Positions 39,801-47,370 are shown, counted from the first letter of the stretch. The stretch: 64,000 nt of DNA from Sphingobacteriaceae bacterium (GCA_023251775.1 JAHEYC010000003.1:2324-66323); one strand, 5' to 3'. Program-made: numbers and translations. Notes: generated by a model from the letters alone, not told the origin.

Positions 39801-39922
39801 GTTGGGATGGTACTGTAAGGGATTCGGAAGGTAAGCAAGATGTTTATCAGTACTTAGTATCCTTTAAGGCAGTTGACGGTAAGAAACATACTAAGACTGG
39901 TCACGTAACATTACTAAAGTAA
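33824..39922 (+). CDS. giant cell-surface repeat protein with T9SS type-B (gliding-motility-associated, CHU_C-type) C-terminal sorting domain
   Basis: 2032 aa. Signal peptide ...SQSLVAQ. Thr/Asn/Pro-rich Ig-like modules with paired Cys. C-terminal IYIPNVFTPNFDGLNDAFLVYG...IFDRWGEQIY...WDG...GKQDVYQYLVSF...GHVTLLK matches the type-B CTD consensus. Confidence 0.85.
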   Translation: MKKLITAKLMILIMLGFSQSLVAQFQVETTVAQSNSNKPYYMYVFPSDSLAGFNEANAQQDALNRKCFGNEFFRFLYAEKRNYINIKYSIAPVVTNPNSNTNYINAKPIISPTNQVNAAPCVNEGFESSLPTTLTTAAAAIGNTLTGWQVTSGNTMQTPYNNCTATNNAPNPGCNFAWVRATPWVPPVNTNLGTITASPLGGNNVLQMNDNLAGGKAVRIQQTFPVTASNCLFQLAYRAALLSGHACCENPYIKVKVVNCFNAILPCPQVDVQPPGPSCASVTATGWQTNSSTWVTYTPTWMIKSLDLTPYLNSCVTIIIEVGDCPYGGHWGTAFIDTQCLPMNTTVNNIQFSAAQPVSFVAACGVLTATMTAPPGLGPYTWNGPATSTIVNNTNQTIFTTVPGNYTLTMNPVGSCSPITKTVNLQFGNFPTPGFSVTNNCTTYTITNTGSPAPAIQTYTIVNNGPPSFSTTNNTSVVNLAPNTTYTIYQTVTNAANCPATFSMVITTPNGPSPAFNGPSNLCINSTATFSAVVSAGSHTYAFTSFTTNPATIFTDPAGPVTFPASATYTITHTINTAGCIASTSSVITVNSVPVATVNAIAPTCVGANATLNAIGGPGQLTWTGPLAYSAPGPTAFVGSFQAANAGIYTLTINNFGCSKTFTVQLTAPVGPTVSVTNNGPICAGQPLVLSASWPASITPSWYYWYTYIPNPYFYSYGNYNVAQYTIATTTTANAIPYVFWIQLSPNCPYMTFTTNVSVITVTPPTASNTGPYCPGATIQLNSNIFSATSYTWKGPNSYSQTTVQNPTIPFASAIHNGNYTISVGSGACTKTAVTTVSVHPVPNAVAGSNNPVCLGTNINLTSNAAASYTWTGPNAFTSNAQNPVIPNATTAMTGTYTLKITTAQGCTAVTTVTVGVLTPTTSAGNTGPYCAGATVSLTAPAATSYTWSGPNAFASNAQNPTIPNAQPVATGNYTLLASIGTCTAQAVTAVIVNALPVPLPTNTGPYCLNQNIQLSVNAYNSYTWTGPNTFNSNAQTPIIATASLVNAGPYVVTVTDPNGCVNSGTTTVVVNPLPVVVVNSPTACVGGTLALTATGGTAYAWVGPNAFVSALQNPFVNNAQMINAGNYTVTVTSGFGCINTGVLSASVIPLPVVGIAGTNTLCSQNFNGSPNQVTINGNGASSYNFTLPPGFIGSPSLNAPTFTLFPPVTAVQAVAQLSVVGTGPFGCTNTAVYDVTVVPNPTVIPAPATSSVCQGVSMNLTVGGAQTYTWSPSATLNTSTGPSVIASPSVTTIYNIIGSANGCNSPTESATLIVVPNPTAVIVPGTPSICIGDAITLTASGATTYSWNPGTNLNTTSGPVVIANPTVNTTYSVFVSQATCTHVTAVTVTVRPLPIITVGVSSPTMCMNGFNGSPNSVIFTAAGAISYTWGGFNGMTPNQTFGSSIVATSILQMALASGTVQGFDGYCYNTTSYNAVAVPNPTIAVTSNSMCFGTSADLSASGADTYNWSPSNTLNSSTGSTVIASPATNQVYSVVGSSIGCNSPTETGTMVVVALPVIVVAPVTPTICEGQSIGLTAFGATNYTWSPASSLSSANGAFVTANPVVTTNYTVVGEAATCTSSTIRQVGVTPLPVLTAASERTAICFGEKTTINANGSSTYTWLPNFGMTTTDAHSNFVVVKPTVSTTYTIYGQNGPCFHAITFPIVVLQQPQMQLAANVQRICFGGNTTIFALGAGSYTWSPDNSLFHSNPNTVIASPTISTNYTVMGVYSSGTVNCEMTQEILIDVVPTITASATRTLEVCKGSSVKLSAGGGNQYVWAPSTGLSSSLISQPYAEPESTTMYTVYVSDGGFCTKTATCVVIVNETPVVNAGEDFTANVDDPIYLNARGTGTLKWILGEGIICHDCPNSQITPQNSGCYQIEAMGKNGCKAIDEVCIEITKDWSIYIPNVFTPNFDGLNDAFLVYGVGISDIEVTIFDRWGEQIYHNEQQTKGWDGTVRDSEGKQDVYQYLVSFKAVDGKKHTKTGHVTLLK
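35615..37275 (+). repeat. about 7 tandem ~77-aa modules of type A inside the adhesin gene (boundaries approximate)
   Basis: Recurrent NTGPYC.GATI.L......SYTW.GPN.F.S..QNP.I.NA....G.Y.L......C...... with a period of about 232 nt. W-GPN motifs at ~35686, 36195, 36428, 36660, 36892 and 37122, plus one degenerate unit at ~35925. Confidence 0.7.
37555..39425 (+). repeat. about 8 tandem ~77-aa modules of type B inside the adhesin gene (boundaries approximate)
   Basis: Recurrent C.G.S..L.A.GA.TY.WSP...L....G..V.A.P...T.Y.V.G....C with a period of about 230 nt. Motifs at ~37629, 37860, 38343, 38575, 38805, 39040 and 39272, plus one degenerate unit at ~38105. Confidence 0.7.
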
Positions 39923-39939
39923 TAAACTCTAAATAAATT

Positions 39940-39974
39940 AAAAGGCCCCGACGATAAATGTTGGGGCCTTTTTT
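39940..39974. terminator. bidirectional rho-independent terminator shared by the adhesin and gldM-like genes
   Basis: AAAAGGCCCC-GACGATAAATGTT-GGGGCCTTTT, with an A-run on the left and a T-run on the right. It fills the 53-nt gap between the convergent stops. Confidence 0.75.
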
Positions 39975-39975
39975 A

Positions 39976-41643
39976 TTACGGCTTTCTTTTAATGATCACA
40001 TCAGGCACTGTTGTGTTTTGGCCGTTGATACTCACTTTTATATTCTCAATAAAAACCCTTTTGTTCACAGGCGTAGAAGTGATGATCCGCTTTGCTTCCG
40101 GTGTTAATGACGAATTTGTTATTTTGGTCTCTTGCAAAGCCCCATTCTTATCGTAACCAACTATAGTTGCTTCTTTAATAAGAGTGGTAGTTGGAAATTC
40201 AAATCCAACGCATATAGCACCTAATGAAGAAAGTGTTGACAGCTCCGTTAATTTCATTTCCAAACTCGAAAGAACAGGCTTCCCATTTATTTTTGCAACA
40301 GGTGGAGGAATAGTTTTTACTCTAAAGGCTTTTGCAGGCCCCTGTTGTTTTAATCCTTGCGGAGTTTTAGCCATAACGGTCATCATGCAAGTTCCTGTTG
40401 TTGCGGCGTTGATGATATATTTTCCTGCACCCGTTGATCGTAATTTAGCACCACAACCCGAAATATTAACAACAAGATCTGTAGGTGCAAAGCCAGCGGC
40501 AGAAGCGCTGATAGGATTATCTACACCAATGTACATCACGTTCATATTATCTGCGCCTACAGCGCTAAATGGTGCAGCAACCATGTAAGAAGATTCAAAT
40601 GGATAGTATTCGAATTTACCATAAGAGTTCTTGTACTGTATAACACCATCAAATTTTTGTTCGCCGGTAGAAGAACCTAATGCTTCATATTTCCCAATGC
40701 CATCGGCAACAGTTATTGAAGATCCGGGCATGGTGAGTTTTTTTGTGGCATCATCGTATTTTGCACCCATTAATACTGTCATACGATCAGGACTTAATTG
40801 TGTGCTTGAAGCGGAAAGTAAAATGTCGGCTTTAAATGTTTCGCCGCTTAATACGTATGAGCTTGGCGCAAGAACTTTGGCCTGTAATTTATCTGCTTTA
40901 AATAAATGTTTATTGGATGATGCAGCAAATACTCTGAACAATTCAGACTCTACATTCTTAAGATCGGTTTTCATTTTATCAAAATTGGTGAGCACTGCTG
41001 CGGTTGGTATATTGTAAAAATTATCAAGCTCCCAATTCATTTTAAGATCATCTTCAATTACATTGCGATCCAATGGAACAAGGGTCTTTGTTTTTTCCTT
41101 TAAACTCATGGCATCTGCATCATCTAGTTTTCCATCTTTAGCCAGATCACTTATCATTTTATTGAGATCAGAACTTAAACCATTCAGCTTTTGCCTTAGA
41201 TCATAAGCGGAGTAGGGAGTTTTCTTTAAATTGGTTTCATCATCACCAATAAATAGATATGTTGGCGTATCAAAATCATCCAGTTTTATCATGTGTCGTA
41301 TTTGTGATGTGTCGGGTTTGGTGGTTTTTTGAGTGGACATAATTAATGCATATTTCATACTATCGATGTAATGAATGGTGCGCTCGATCTTTATGCGCGA
41401 GTCAATACATTTTTCGTAATACGGTTTTGCCTCAACATTACCGGCTTCTACATAATCTTTAAAAGCTTGTTCGATCTGTTTATTATTTTGTGAAATGATC
41501 ATGTTGGATTTGTCAATGCCTTCATCAACAGTGATGAAGCCTTTAAGAACTTGATCGGACACATTAAGCGCCAATAGCGCTGTGAGCACGAGATACATCA
41601 TGCTGATCATTTTTTGCCTGGGGGTTTCTTTATTTGAAGACAT
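39976..41643 (-). CDS. gldM: GldM/PorM-family T9SS/gliding motor periplasmic protein (stand-alone copy)
   Basis: 555 aa. N-terminus SNKETPRQKMISMMYLVLTALLALNVSDQVLKGF versus the remembered F. johnsoniae GldM GGKLTPRQKMINLMYLVFIAMLAMNVSKEVISAF. C-terminal blocks ADNMNVMYIGVDNPISASAAG and FRVKTIPPP also match. Confidence 0.8.
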   Translation of the reverse strand: MSSNKETPRQKMISMMYLVLTALLALNVSDQVLKGFITVDEGIDKSNMIISQNNKQIEQAFKDYVEAGNVEAKPYYEKCIDSRIKIERTIHYIDSMKYALIMSTQKTTKPDTSQIRHMIKLDDFDTPTYLFIGDDETNLKKTPYSAYDLRQKLNGLSSDLNKMISDLAKDGKLDDADAMSLKEKTKTLVPLDRNVIEDDLKMNWELDNFYNIPTAAVLTNFDKMKTDLKNVESELFRVFAASSNKHLFKADKLQAKVLAPSSYVLSGETFKADILLSASSTQLSPDRMTVLMGAKYDDATKKLTMPGSSITVADGIGKYEALGSSTGEQKFDGVIQYKNSYGKFEYYPFESSYMVAAPFSAVGADNMNVMYIGVDNPISASAAGFAPTDLVVNISGCGAKLRSTGAGKYIINAATTGTCMMTVMAKTPQGLKQQGPAKAFRVKTIPPPVAKINGKPVLSSLEMKLTELSTLSSLGAICVGFEFPTTTLIKEATIVGYDKNGALQETKITNSSLTPEAKRIITSTPVNKRVFIENIKVSINGQNTTVPDVIIKRKP

Positions 41644-41681
41644 AGTGTTGTGTTTTTGTTACACCTCATAATCTTCAAAAA

Positions 41682-41689
41682 CAAAAATA
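41682..41689 (-). promoter_or_regulatory. candidate -7 box (TATTTTTG on the minus strand) for the gldM-like gene
   Basis: Exact TAnnTTTG match 38 nt upstream of the ATG, inside a 155-nt intergenic gap. Confidence 0.3.
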
Positions 41690-41798
41690 GATACAAATTA
41701 ATTATTGGACCTAGGATCCAAAAAATAATTAAGAATACATGTAACCAAATAAGGTCTTTGTGTTATACTGGCAAGAAATAATGATAAACTTGTGCGAT

Positions 41799-42200
41799 CT
41801 ACTGCACTGTTATCTTTATGGTCTTTTGTGTGATGTTCCCGTCCCTATCTACAATTGAGAAAACCCATCGTTCGCTTCCTGTTTGGTTTCGCGTGATGAT
41901 CTGCACATCCTTTGAATAACCCGTGAGTTCGTTAGCATTCATAAGGTAATTGTAAAATGTAGTTGTTGTTGCTACACCATCGTAAGCGTAGGAGACATTA
42001 TAACTCTTAAGATCATCTTCGGTTTTTGTAGCGGTAATACCAACCCAAACAGTATCTTGTTTGCTCAAGGTGCAATCGGCAGTAATGAAATTAGTTCCGG
42101 TCTTTAATGTTACATTAGGTGGAACATGTGGATCGGTTTTTTTCTTTTTGCAACTGATCAAAGCTGTTACAACTAAAAGTAATACAATGTAGTTTTTCAT
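41799..42200 (-). CDS. small hypothetical lipoprotein (beta-sandwich-like)
   Basis: 133 aa. MKNYIVLLLVVTALISCKKKK lipobox. Start lies 1 nt after the upstream TonB-dependent receptor stop, so it is probably co-transcribed. Confidence 0.55.
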   Translation of the reverse strand: MKNYIVLLLVVTALISCKKKKTDPHVPPNVTLKTGTNFITADCTLSKQDTVWVGITATKTEDDLKSYNVSYAYDGVATTTTFYNYLMNANELTGYSKDVQIITRNQTGSERWVFSIVDRDGNITQKTIKITVQ

Positions 42201-42201
42201 A

Positions 42202-44457
42202 TTAATTAAAATTAAATTTTACATTCAGTGAGATGTTTCTCCCAATATTATAGATATTAAAATATTTAAAGCGAGAAAGGTGATCGTAATAAACGGTGTT
42301 CATTAAATTGTTGCCTATCAAAGAAATTGTAAGCGCATTGTTTGTGTTCTCAAAATATAGTCCGGTTGACATATTAATGAGATAATAATCAGCTGTTGAG
42401 GTTTCAAAATCGCCCGGCCTGGTTTGTGCGAATACGTAGGAGATCCCGGGTTTTACATAAAACTCTTTAAGTTTTTTCGTTGACTTTTTAGTGAGCTTTA
42501 TATCTGAATTCAGTTTGGGAGCGGGAATAAATGGCATTGGCTTACCTCCTTGTAATGATCCATCAATGTACGAATAACTTGTGCTCCAGTTAAACCACTT
42601 ATTATTTTTTGGATGGATATTTAAAACTGATTCAAATCCGCTTATCACAGCATTTTGTTGTTGGTAATAAAAAATGGAATAACCTATGTATTGAAGATTT
42701 GAAGGTGCCAAATAAATATAATTCATGAACATATTATAATAACTCGCCACAGAAAGATCTGCGAAAGAAGATGTGTATCCCAAATAAACATCACCGCATA
42801 CATTTTGTTCTATTTTTAAATTCGAATCACCTATTTCGTAGCGTACAGTTCCTTCATGCAAACCATTTGATGATAACTCAGCTAAGTTTCCCGCTCTATA
42901 GCCACTGGAAACATTGGTTTTAAAATTTAAATTCTTTTCGTTGAACCAACTCAAGCCTGCTGATCCATTCATGGCCGTATAATTTTTTACAAAGGGTTTT
43001 ACGCTAGCACCCGGACTTAAAGGATCTGTATTGATATTTCCCGTAGCAAAAGTTTCAATATGCCTTAGATCGTATCGCACACCTCCTTCAAAAACAATTT
43101 TTTTCAAATTGTATTTTACATAAGAGTAAACCGAATTCTCTACTTGTGTTGCATCGGGAATAATTGTTCGTGAACCAATATTTTTATTGGTTTGGTAATA
43201 TCCTTGTGATCCAACGCTTAGATCGAGTTTGTTGAACGAGCGACACCAAACGATATTCCCAATGTATGAATTCAAGATCATATCCAAACTTATTTTATTT
43301 CCGCCTTCTTGCTCTTGTCTGTTATTATTTTGAAAACCAACATTCACTTTTAGTTTTGATCGTTCCATAAAGAATGTATTCTGACTTGAAACAACATTCA
43401 AATTCACCGTATGATGTGGCCTCTCAAAACCCCTGCTGGTGCGGGCATCGGGCGGGTCTTTGAGTTGAATGGTATCCATCAGAAATCCAAAATTACTTTG
43501 GGTGAACATGTAATTATTTTGACTGATCCATTTAGAACGCGTAAAACCCATACTTGCTTTTGCATAGTAGCCGCCAAATCTAGAATTTAATATACGACGA
43601 CCATTTCCATCCGTATAATCGCTGTGCGAATCAGAACCTGCTCTTAAACGCCAATTCATTTTATGAGTTGAACCTTTAATACCAACATCCCCGGTAATAC
43701 CATATGTGTTGCTAAAGGCACGTGTTGAAATATCTCCCTGGATCTTTCCTACAGGCGCGTTCTTTTCTTCGATGATATTTATGACGCCACCCATGGCTTC
43801 CGATCCATACAACAAAGATGCAGCACCTTTAATTATTTCAACACGGTCAACACCAACATCCGATAATCCTAAACCATGTTCATCTTGCCATTGCTGATTA
43901 TCGAACCTAAGGCCGTACAACACAGTCTGGATGCGGTTTCCAAAGAGTCCGCGAATTACAGGTTTTGTAATTCCGGCGCCGGTACTTAACTGACTAACGC
44001 CGGGAAGTTTGCTGATAGCATCACTTAAATTCAAGGCACCACTGCTTCGCATATCATTTTGATTGAGTTGCGTTATGCTATTGGCCGTTTTGTTGAGGTC
44101 AGAATTTGTGGTTCCGTAAATAACTACTTCGGGAACTTCGATATAACTTGGTTTTAAAAAAATGATCTTGTTGAGTGAGGTTGTATCTGTGCTTAATGAA
44201 ATAATTTTAGTTTTATATCCTATCGCTTTCAACATTACAAGATATTTTCCATCCGGTAAATTCTCAAATCTAAAATTACCCTTATCATCTGTAAAAGTTA
44301 GATAAGATAATTCGGCAATTGATACCTGAACATGAGGAATTACTAAATTGCTGCTATCCTGCAATACCGAACCGGTAATACTTTTCTGGGCATCACAATA
44401 AATAGCAGCAAATAATAACTGCAATACAATAATGTATTTACAAAATGATAGCTTCAA
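42202..44457 (-). CDS. TonB-dependent receptor with N-terminal carboxypeptidase-regulatory-like domain
   Basis: 751 aa. SITGSVLQD...VSIAEL...TDDKGNFRFENLPDGKYLVMLKAIGY (CarboxypepD_reg). Plug region GVSQLSTGAGITKPVIRGLFGNRIQTVLYGLRFDNQQW. VDRVEIIKGAASLLYGSEAMGGVINI. Beta-barrel ends in NVKFNFN. Confidence 0.85.
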   Translation of the reverse strand: MKLSFCKYIIVLQLLFAAIYCDAQKSITGSVLQDSSNLVIPHVQVSIAELSYLTFTDDKGNFRFENLPDGKYLVMLKAIGYKTKIISLSTDTTSLNKIIFLKPSYIEVPEVVIYGTTNSDLNKTANSITQLNQNDMRSSGALNLSDAISKLPGVSQLSTGAGITKPVIRGLFGNRIQTVLYGLRFDNQQWQDEHGLGLSDVGVDRVEIIKGAASLLYGSEAMGGVINIIEEKNAPVGKIQGDISTRAFSNTYGITGDVGIKGSTHKMNWRLRAGSDSHSDYTDGNGRRILNSRFGGYYAKASMGFTRSKWISQNNYMFTQSNFGFLMDTIQLKDPPDARTSRGFERPHHTVNLNVVSSQNTFFMERSKLKVNVGFQNNNRQEQEGGNKISLDMILNSYIGNIVWCRSFNKLDLSVGSQGYYQTNKNIGSRTIIPDATQVENSVYSYVKYNLKKIVFEGGVRYDLRHIETFATGNINTDPLSPGASVKPFVKNYTAMNGSAGLSWFNEKNLNFKTNVSSGYRAGNLAELSSNGLHEGTVRYEIGDSNLKIEQNVCGDVYLGYTSSFADLSVASYYNMFMNYIYLAPSNLQYIGYSIFYYQQQNAVISGFESVLNIHPKNNKWFNWSTSYSYIDGSLQGGKPMPFIPAPKLNSDIKLTKKSTKKLKEFYVKPGISYVFAQTRPGDFETSTADYYLINMSTGLYFENTNNALTISLIGNNLMNTVYYDHLSRFKYFNIYNIGRNISLNVKFNFN

Positions 44458-44468
44458 TTCCTTTTTGT

Positions 44469-44897
44469 TTAATCGGCCGGCTCGTACTTAATAATAGTTT
44501 GATCGCCGTTGAACTCTGTGTGTCTTACCCAAAGTTCTTTCTTTTTTAAACGGAGAATACGATTTGCTACTTCCAAAGCACCCGGAGTACTCGATTGAAA
44601 ATAAACATCATCTTTGTCTTCACCTAATTTCCAAGTTCCCGAGTCAGCAAAAGCACCTTGAATTTTGTAAGAACCATCTTTTTCAATGTCTACTACATAA
44701 TTGGCGCCTAAAGCGGCTTGTGTAGCTGCTGTTACATCGGTTCCGTTTAGCGTAACGTTTTGGATCTTCCAATCGCCGCATAAACGACTTTTTTTACTTG
44801 CTAAGCTGATCTTTGGACCATCTTCATATTTTTTACAACCTGTGTTTAGGCTTAATACTAAAAGTAATGCTGCTGATAATTTTATAATTGTCTTCAT
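44469..44897 (-). CDS. small lipocalin-like lipoprotein
   Basis: 142 aa. LSLNTGCKK lipobox. CGDWKIQNVTLNG and GTWKL motifs resemble lipocalin-like domains. Stop lies 11 nt before the receptor start. Confidence 0.5.
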   Translation of the reverse strand: MKTIIKLSAALLLVLSLNTGCKKYEDGPKISLASKKSRLCGDWKIQNVTLNGTDVTAATQAALGANYVVDIEKDGSYKIQGAFADSGTWKLGEDKDDVYFQSSTPGALEVANRILRLKKKELWVRHTEFNGDQTIIKYEPAD

Positions 44898-44971
44898 GTT
44901 ATTGTTTTTAAAAATAAATAAGTAATAAGTGAACCAAAAATTAGTTCACAGAGAAAAAATAAAAATGAAGA

Positions 44972-45490
44972 TCAGATCGAAGGTGGGTGGTAGGGGAGTG
45001 TGCAGTGGCCTTCTTGTGTATTGATGCTCAGATCTGCAAATGTAAGATCTTGCGCACAAGGAAAGCTTGCGAACGTTTGGTGTTTTGTATACGATTTTAA
45101 TTTGAGAAGATCGGTGAATGCAGTTGTATTATTTTTTTTGGCATGACGCTTATGAAGTTCATCATCCTTTAAATTTTTGGTGGTCTTTGTCTCTACATCA
45201 TCAGTGTAAACATAAACTCGAATTTTTTCTTCATCAAGAGTAACTATCTTTAAAACATCAAAATAACTTCCATCTATTTCTAACTCTTCTTTATCCATCC
45301 AAGTAATAGTATTACTGTCTTTATACAAAAGCTTTGTTTCAATATCGAAATAATTATTTTTTGTGATCAATTGCGCTTTGTGCGAACGAACATAAGCGCG
45401 ATTATAGAATAAAAGAAATGCAAATAAGGAATTAAGAGCAATTAAAACGGTGATCAAAAGAATAGTAGTTATCTGAAAGATCTTTTTCAA
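44972..45490 (-). CDS. hypothetical single-pass membrane protein
   Basis: 172 aa. N-terminal TM ITTILLITVLIALNSLFAFLLF. No recognisable family. Confidence 0.4.
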   Translation of the reverse strand: MKKIFQITTILLITVLIALNSLFAFLLFYNRAYVRSHKAQLITKNNYFDIETKLLYKDSNTITWMDKEELEIDGSYFDVLKIVTLDEEKIRVYVYTDDVETKTTKNLKDDELHKRHAKKNNTTAFTDLLKLKSYTKHQTFASFPCAQDLTFADLSINTQEGHCTLPYHPPSI

Positions 45491-45491
45491 A

Positions 45492-45791
45492 TCAATTTAA
45501 TATCAGTTCGGGTAAACCTACCGGAGCGGTATCGTAAAATGCTAATTCGTGAATTCGAACGGTAACAAATTTCATGATAGGGAATGAGCGAATAATGGTG
45601 TTTATCTCTTGCATGTCTTTTCCTTCCATAAAAACCCAAAGATTTCTACGATCCATATCCAACGAATAATTAAGGATAACACGTTTCTCTAAAAGTTCGT
45701 TCACCACTACGCGTTGGGCAGGAATAACATCCCACATTTCGCTGTTGAAATGCTCGGGAAGCGTAAAATGGATCATAAAAACGTCTTTCAT
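45492..45791 (-). CDS. small cytoplasmic protein, possibly muconolactone-isomerase-like (dimeric alpha+beta barrel) fold
   Basis: 99 aa. The pattern F.I.F.LP...........V..L...........D....LWVF.....M.EI..II.SFP...F..V.I.EL loosely resembles the MIase family. Weak call. Confidence 0.3.
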   Translation of the reverse strand: MKDVFMIHFTLPEHFNSEMWDVIPAQRVVVNELLEKRVILNYSLDMDRRNLWVFMEGKDMQEINTIIRSFPIMKFVTVRIHELAFYDTAPVGLPELILN

Positions 45792-45848
45792 TGTAATTTG
45801 GCTTGGTTACCAAATATACGTCAAAAATTCTTCATTTTTTAGAGAAAA

Positions 45849-47321
45849 TTATGGCTTAACATATGCCCCTGCGTAATAAGGATTTGTCCTTAAAACGCCA
45901 TTTAGATCAGAGGGAAATTTAAGCACATCGGCGGCAGTATTAGTGGCAGTAAGGGGTCCGGCCAGGCTGCTTGTTTTTAACGTAAAATCATATTTATCGG
46001 TATTCACATAATCACAAGTCACGTTGATCTTATTCGCATCAAATTTTGTGACATCACTTGTAGCCATTGGTGTTTTTAAAACACAGCCGCTAAAGAAGTA
46101 TTTTGGCGGAAAAGTAGTGTTCTGTTGAATATCTAAATTTATTTCACTGGTTAATTTTCCATCAATAATGCAATTACCAAAATAACAAGTGTCTAATGGT
46201 AATACTTGTGAGCTTGAATGATTATTGATACTCAAAGTTGCAAGATCTCGTGTTTTTTCCTTGGCCCAAAAATTAGCGAATGTGCAATGGATGAATGTAT
46301 AATTTCCACCCAACACTAAATTCACACTGTGTTCCTGACAATTTCCAATGACATTGTTTCCACCGTAAATATTAAATGCAAATCCATACAATCCCCATCT
46401 ACTCATATTTTGAATAGTGGTATTAGTGATACGCAAACGTTTTGGTTCATTAAAATTCGATCCTAATAATTCGGCTTGCACACCAATGTACCCATTTTTA
46501 ATAATCGCATAATCAATTTCATTATTCAAACTTCCTTCGTTTATCCAAATCCGATCCCATTGACCGGGTTCATCAGCGTATTCAGGATCTCGTCGCGCTT
46601 GCGTAAATAGAACTTCATTTCCTTTAGCACCGTGAACTTTTAATTGCCCGTAACGATAAACCCATAATCCTGCTTTATTATTAAAATATAATCTCACGCC
46701 CGCGTTGATGGTTAATTTTTGCGCACTATCTACAACTAACCAACCGTAGATCACATGTGGTTTATCATTGTTCCATATGGTATCCGCATTAGGATTACTG
46801 CTGATCAACGAATACGGTAAATAAGTTCCATTCGAAAATTTAATGGCGAATTTTGGATGATGATAATAAGCGTCTTGTCCCCAAGCTTCCAACATCACTT
46901 GCTGAAAATTTCCATTCACGCTAAAATTAATGGCATCAGAAATAATTAAAGGTGAATTTGCATTGGTGGGATTTACATTTACCTGAATAAAAATATAAAG
47001 ACTATCATGCGCTGCGATTTCAACATCGGTAAAATTTGTTCCTTTGGCGCCGTCTACATTAATAATGAATTGCGAGGCGTTGCCTTTTAAAAGGGAGATA
47101 TTACTTATTTTGATGCGACGACTGTTATTATTTATTACCCTGATATTTCGGGTACTCGAACCTACGGTTGTAAAAACGGTATCAAAAAGTACAGAGTCGG
47201 TTGAGAATGCCAGTTTATCCGATGGATCGGTGGTCATTTTGTCCTTACGGCATGAGGTAAATTCAAAACCCAAGCAAATAAGCACCGCTGAAAAAGTTAA
47301 ATATTGAGCAAAACGAATCAA
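45849..47321 (-). CDS. hypothetical lipoprotein with probable N-terminal Ig-like domain and right-handed beta-helix body
   Basis: 490 aa. FEFTSCRKDK lipobox. N-terminus VGSSTRNIRVINNNSRRIKISNISL. Repeated G/N-rich turn motifs (IKNGYIGV, ITNTTIQN, GGNNVIGNC, GGNYTFIHC). Confidence 0.5.
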   Translation of the reverse strand: MIRFAQYLTFSAVLICLGFEFTSCRKDKMTTDPSDKLAFSTDSVLFDTVFTTVGSSTRNIRVINNNSRRIKISNISLLKGNASQFIINVDGAKGTNFTDVEIAAHDSLYIFIQVNVNPTNANSPLIISDAINFSVNGNFQQVMLEAWGQDAYYHHPKFAIKFSNGTYLPYSLISSNPNADTIWNNDKPHVIYGWLVVDSAQKLTINAGVRLYFNNKAGLWVYRYGQLKVHGAKGNEVLFTQARRDPEYADEPGQWDRIWINEGSLNNEIDYAIIKNGYIGVQAELLGSNFNEPKRLRITNTTIQNMSRWGLYGFAFNIYGGNNVIGNCQEHSVNLVLGGNYTFIHCTFANFWAKEKTRDLATLSINNHSSSQVLPLDTCYFGNCIIDGKLTSEINLDIQQNTTFPPKYFFSGCVLKTPMATSDVTKFDANKINVTCDYVNTDKYDFTLKTSSLAGPLTATNTAADVLKFPSDLNGVLRTNPYYAGAYVKP

Positions 47322-47370
47322 TCCCGTAAATTTAGGATAAAACGCTGAATTCCCTGAAATAGTGTGCTTT

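Noticed and set aside
40184-41017. 134-aa and 128-aa plus-strand ORFs
   Set aside because: They are antisense to the gldM-like gene, whose own translation has strong family similarity.
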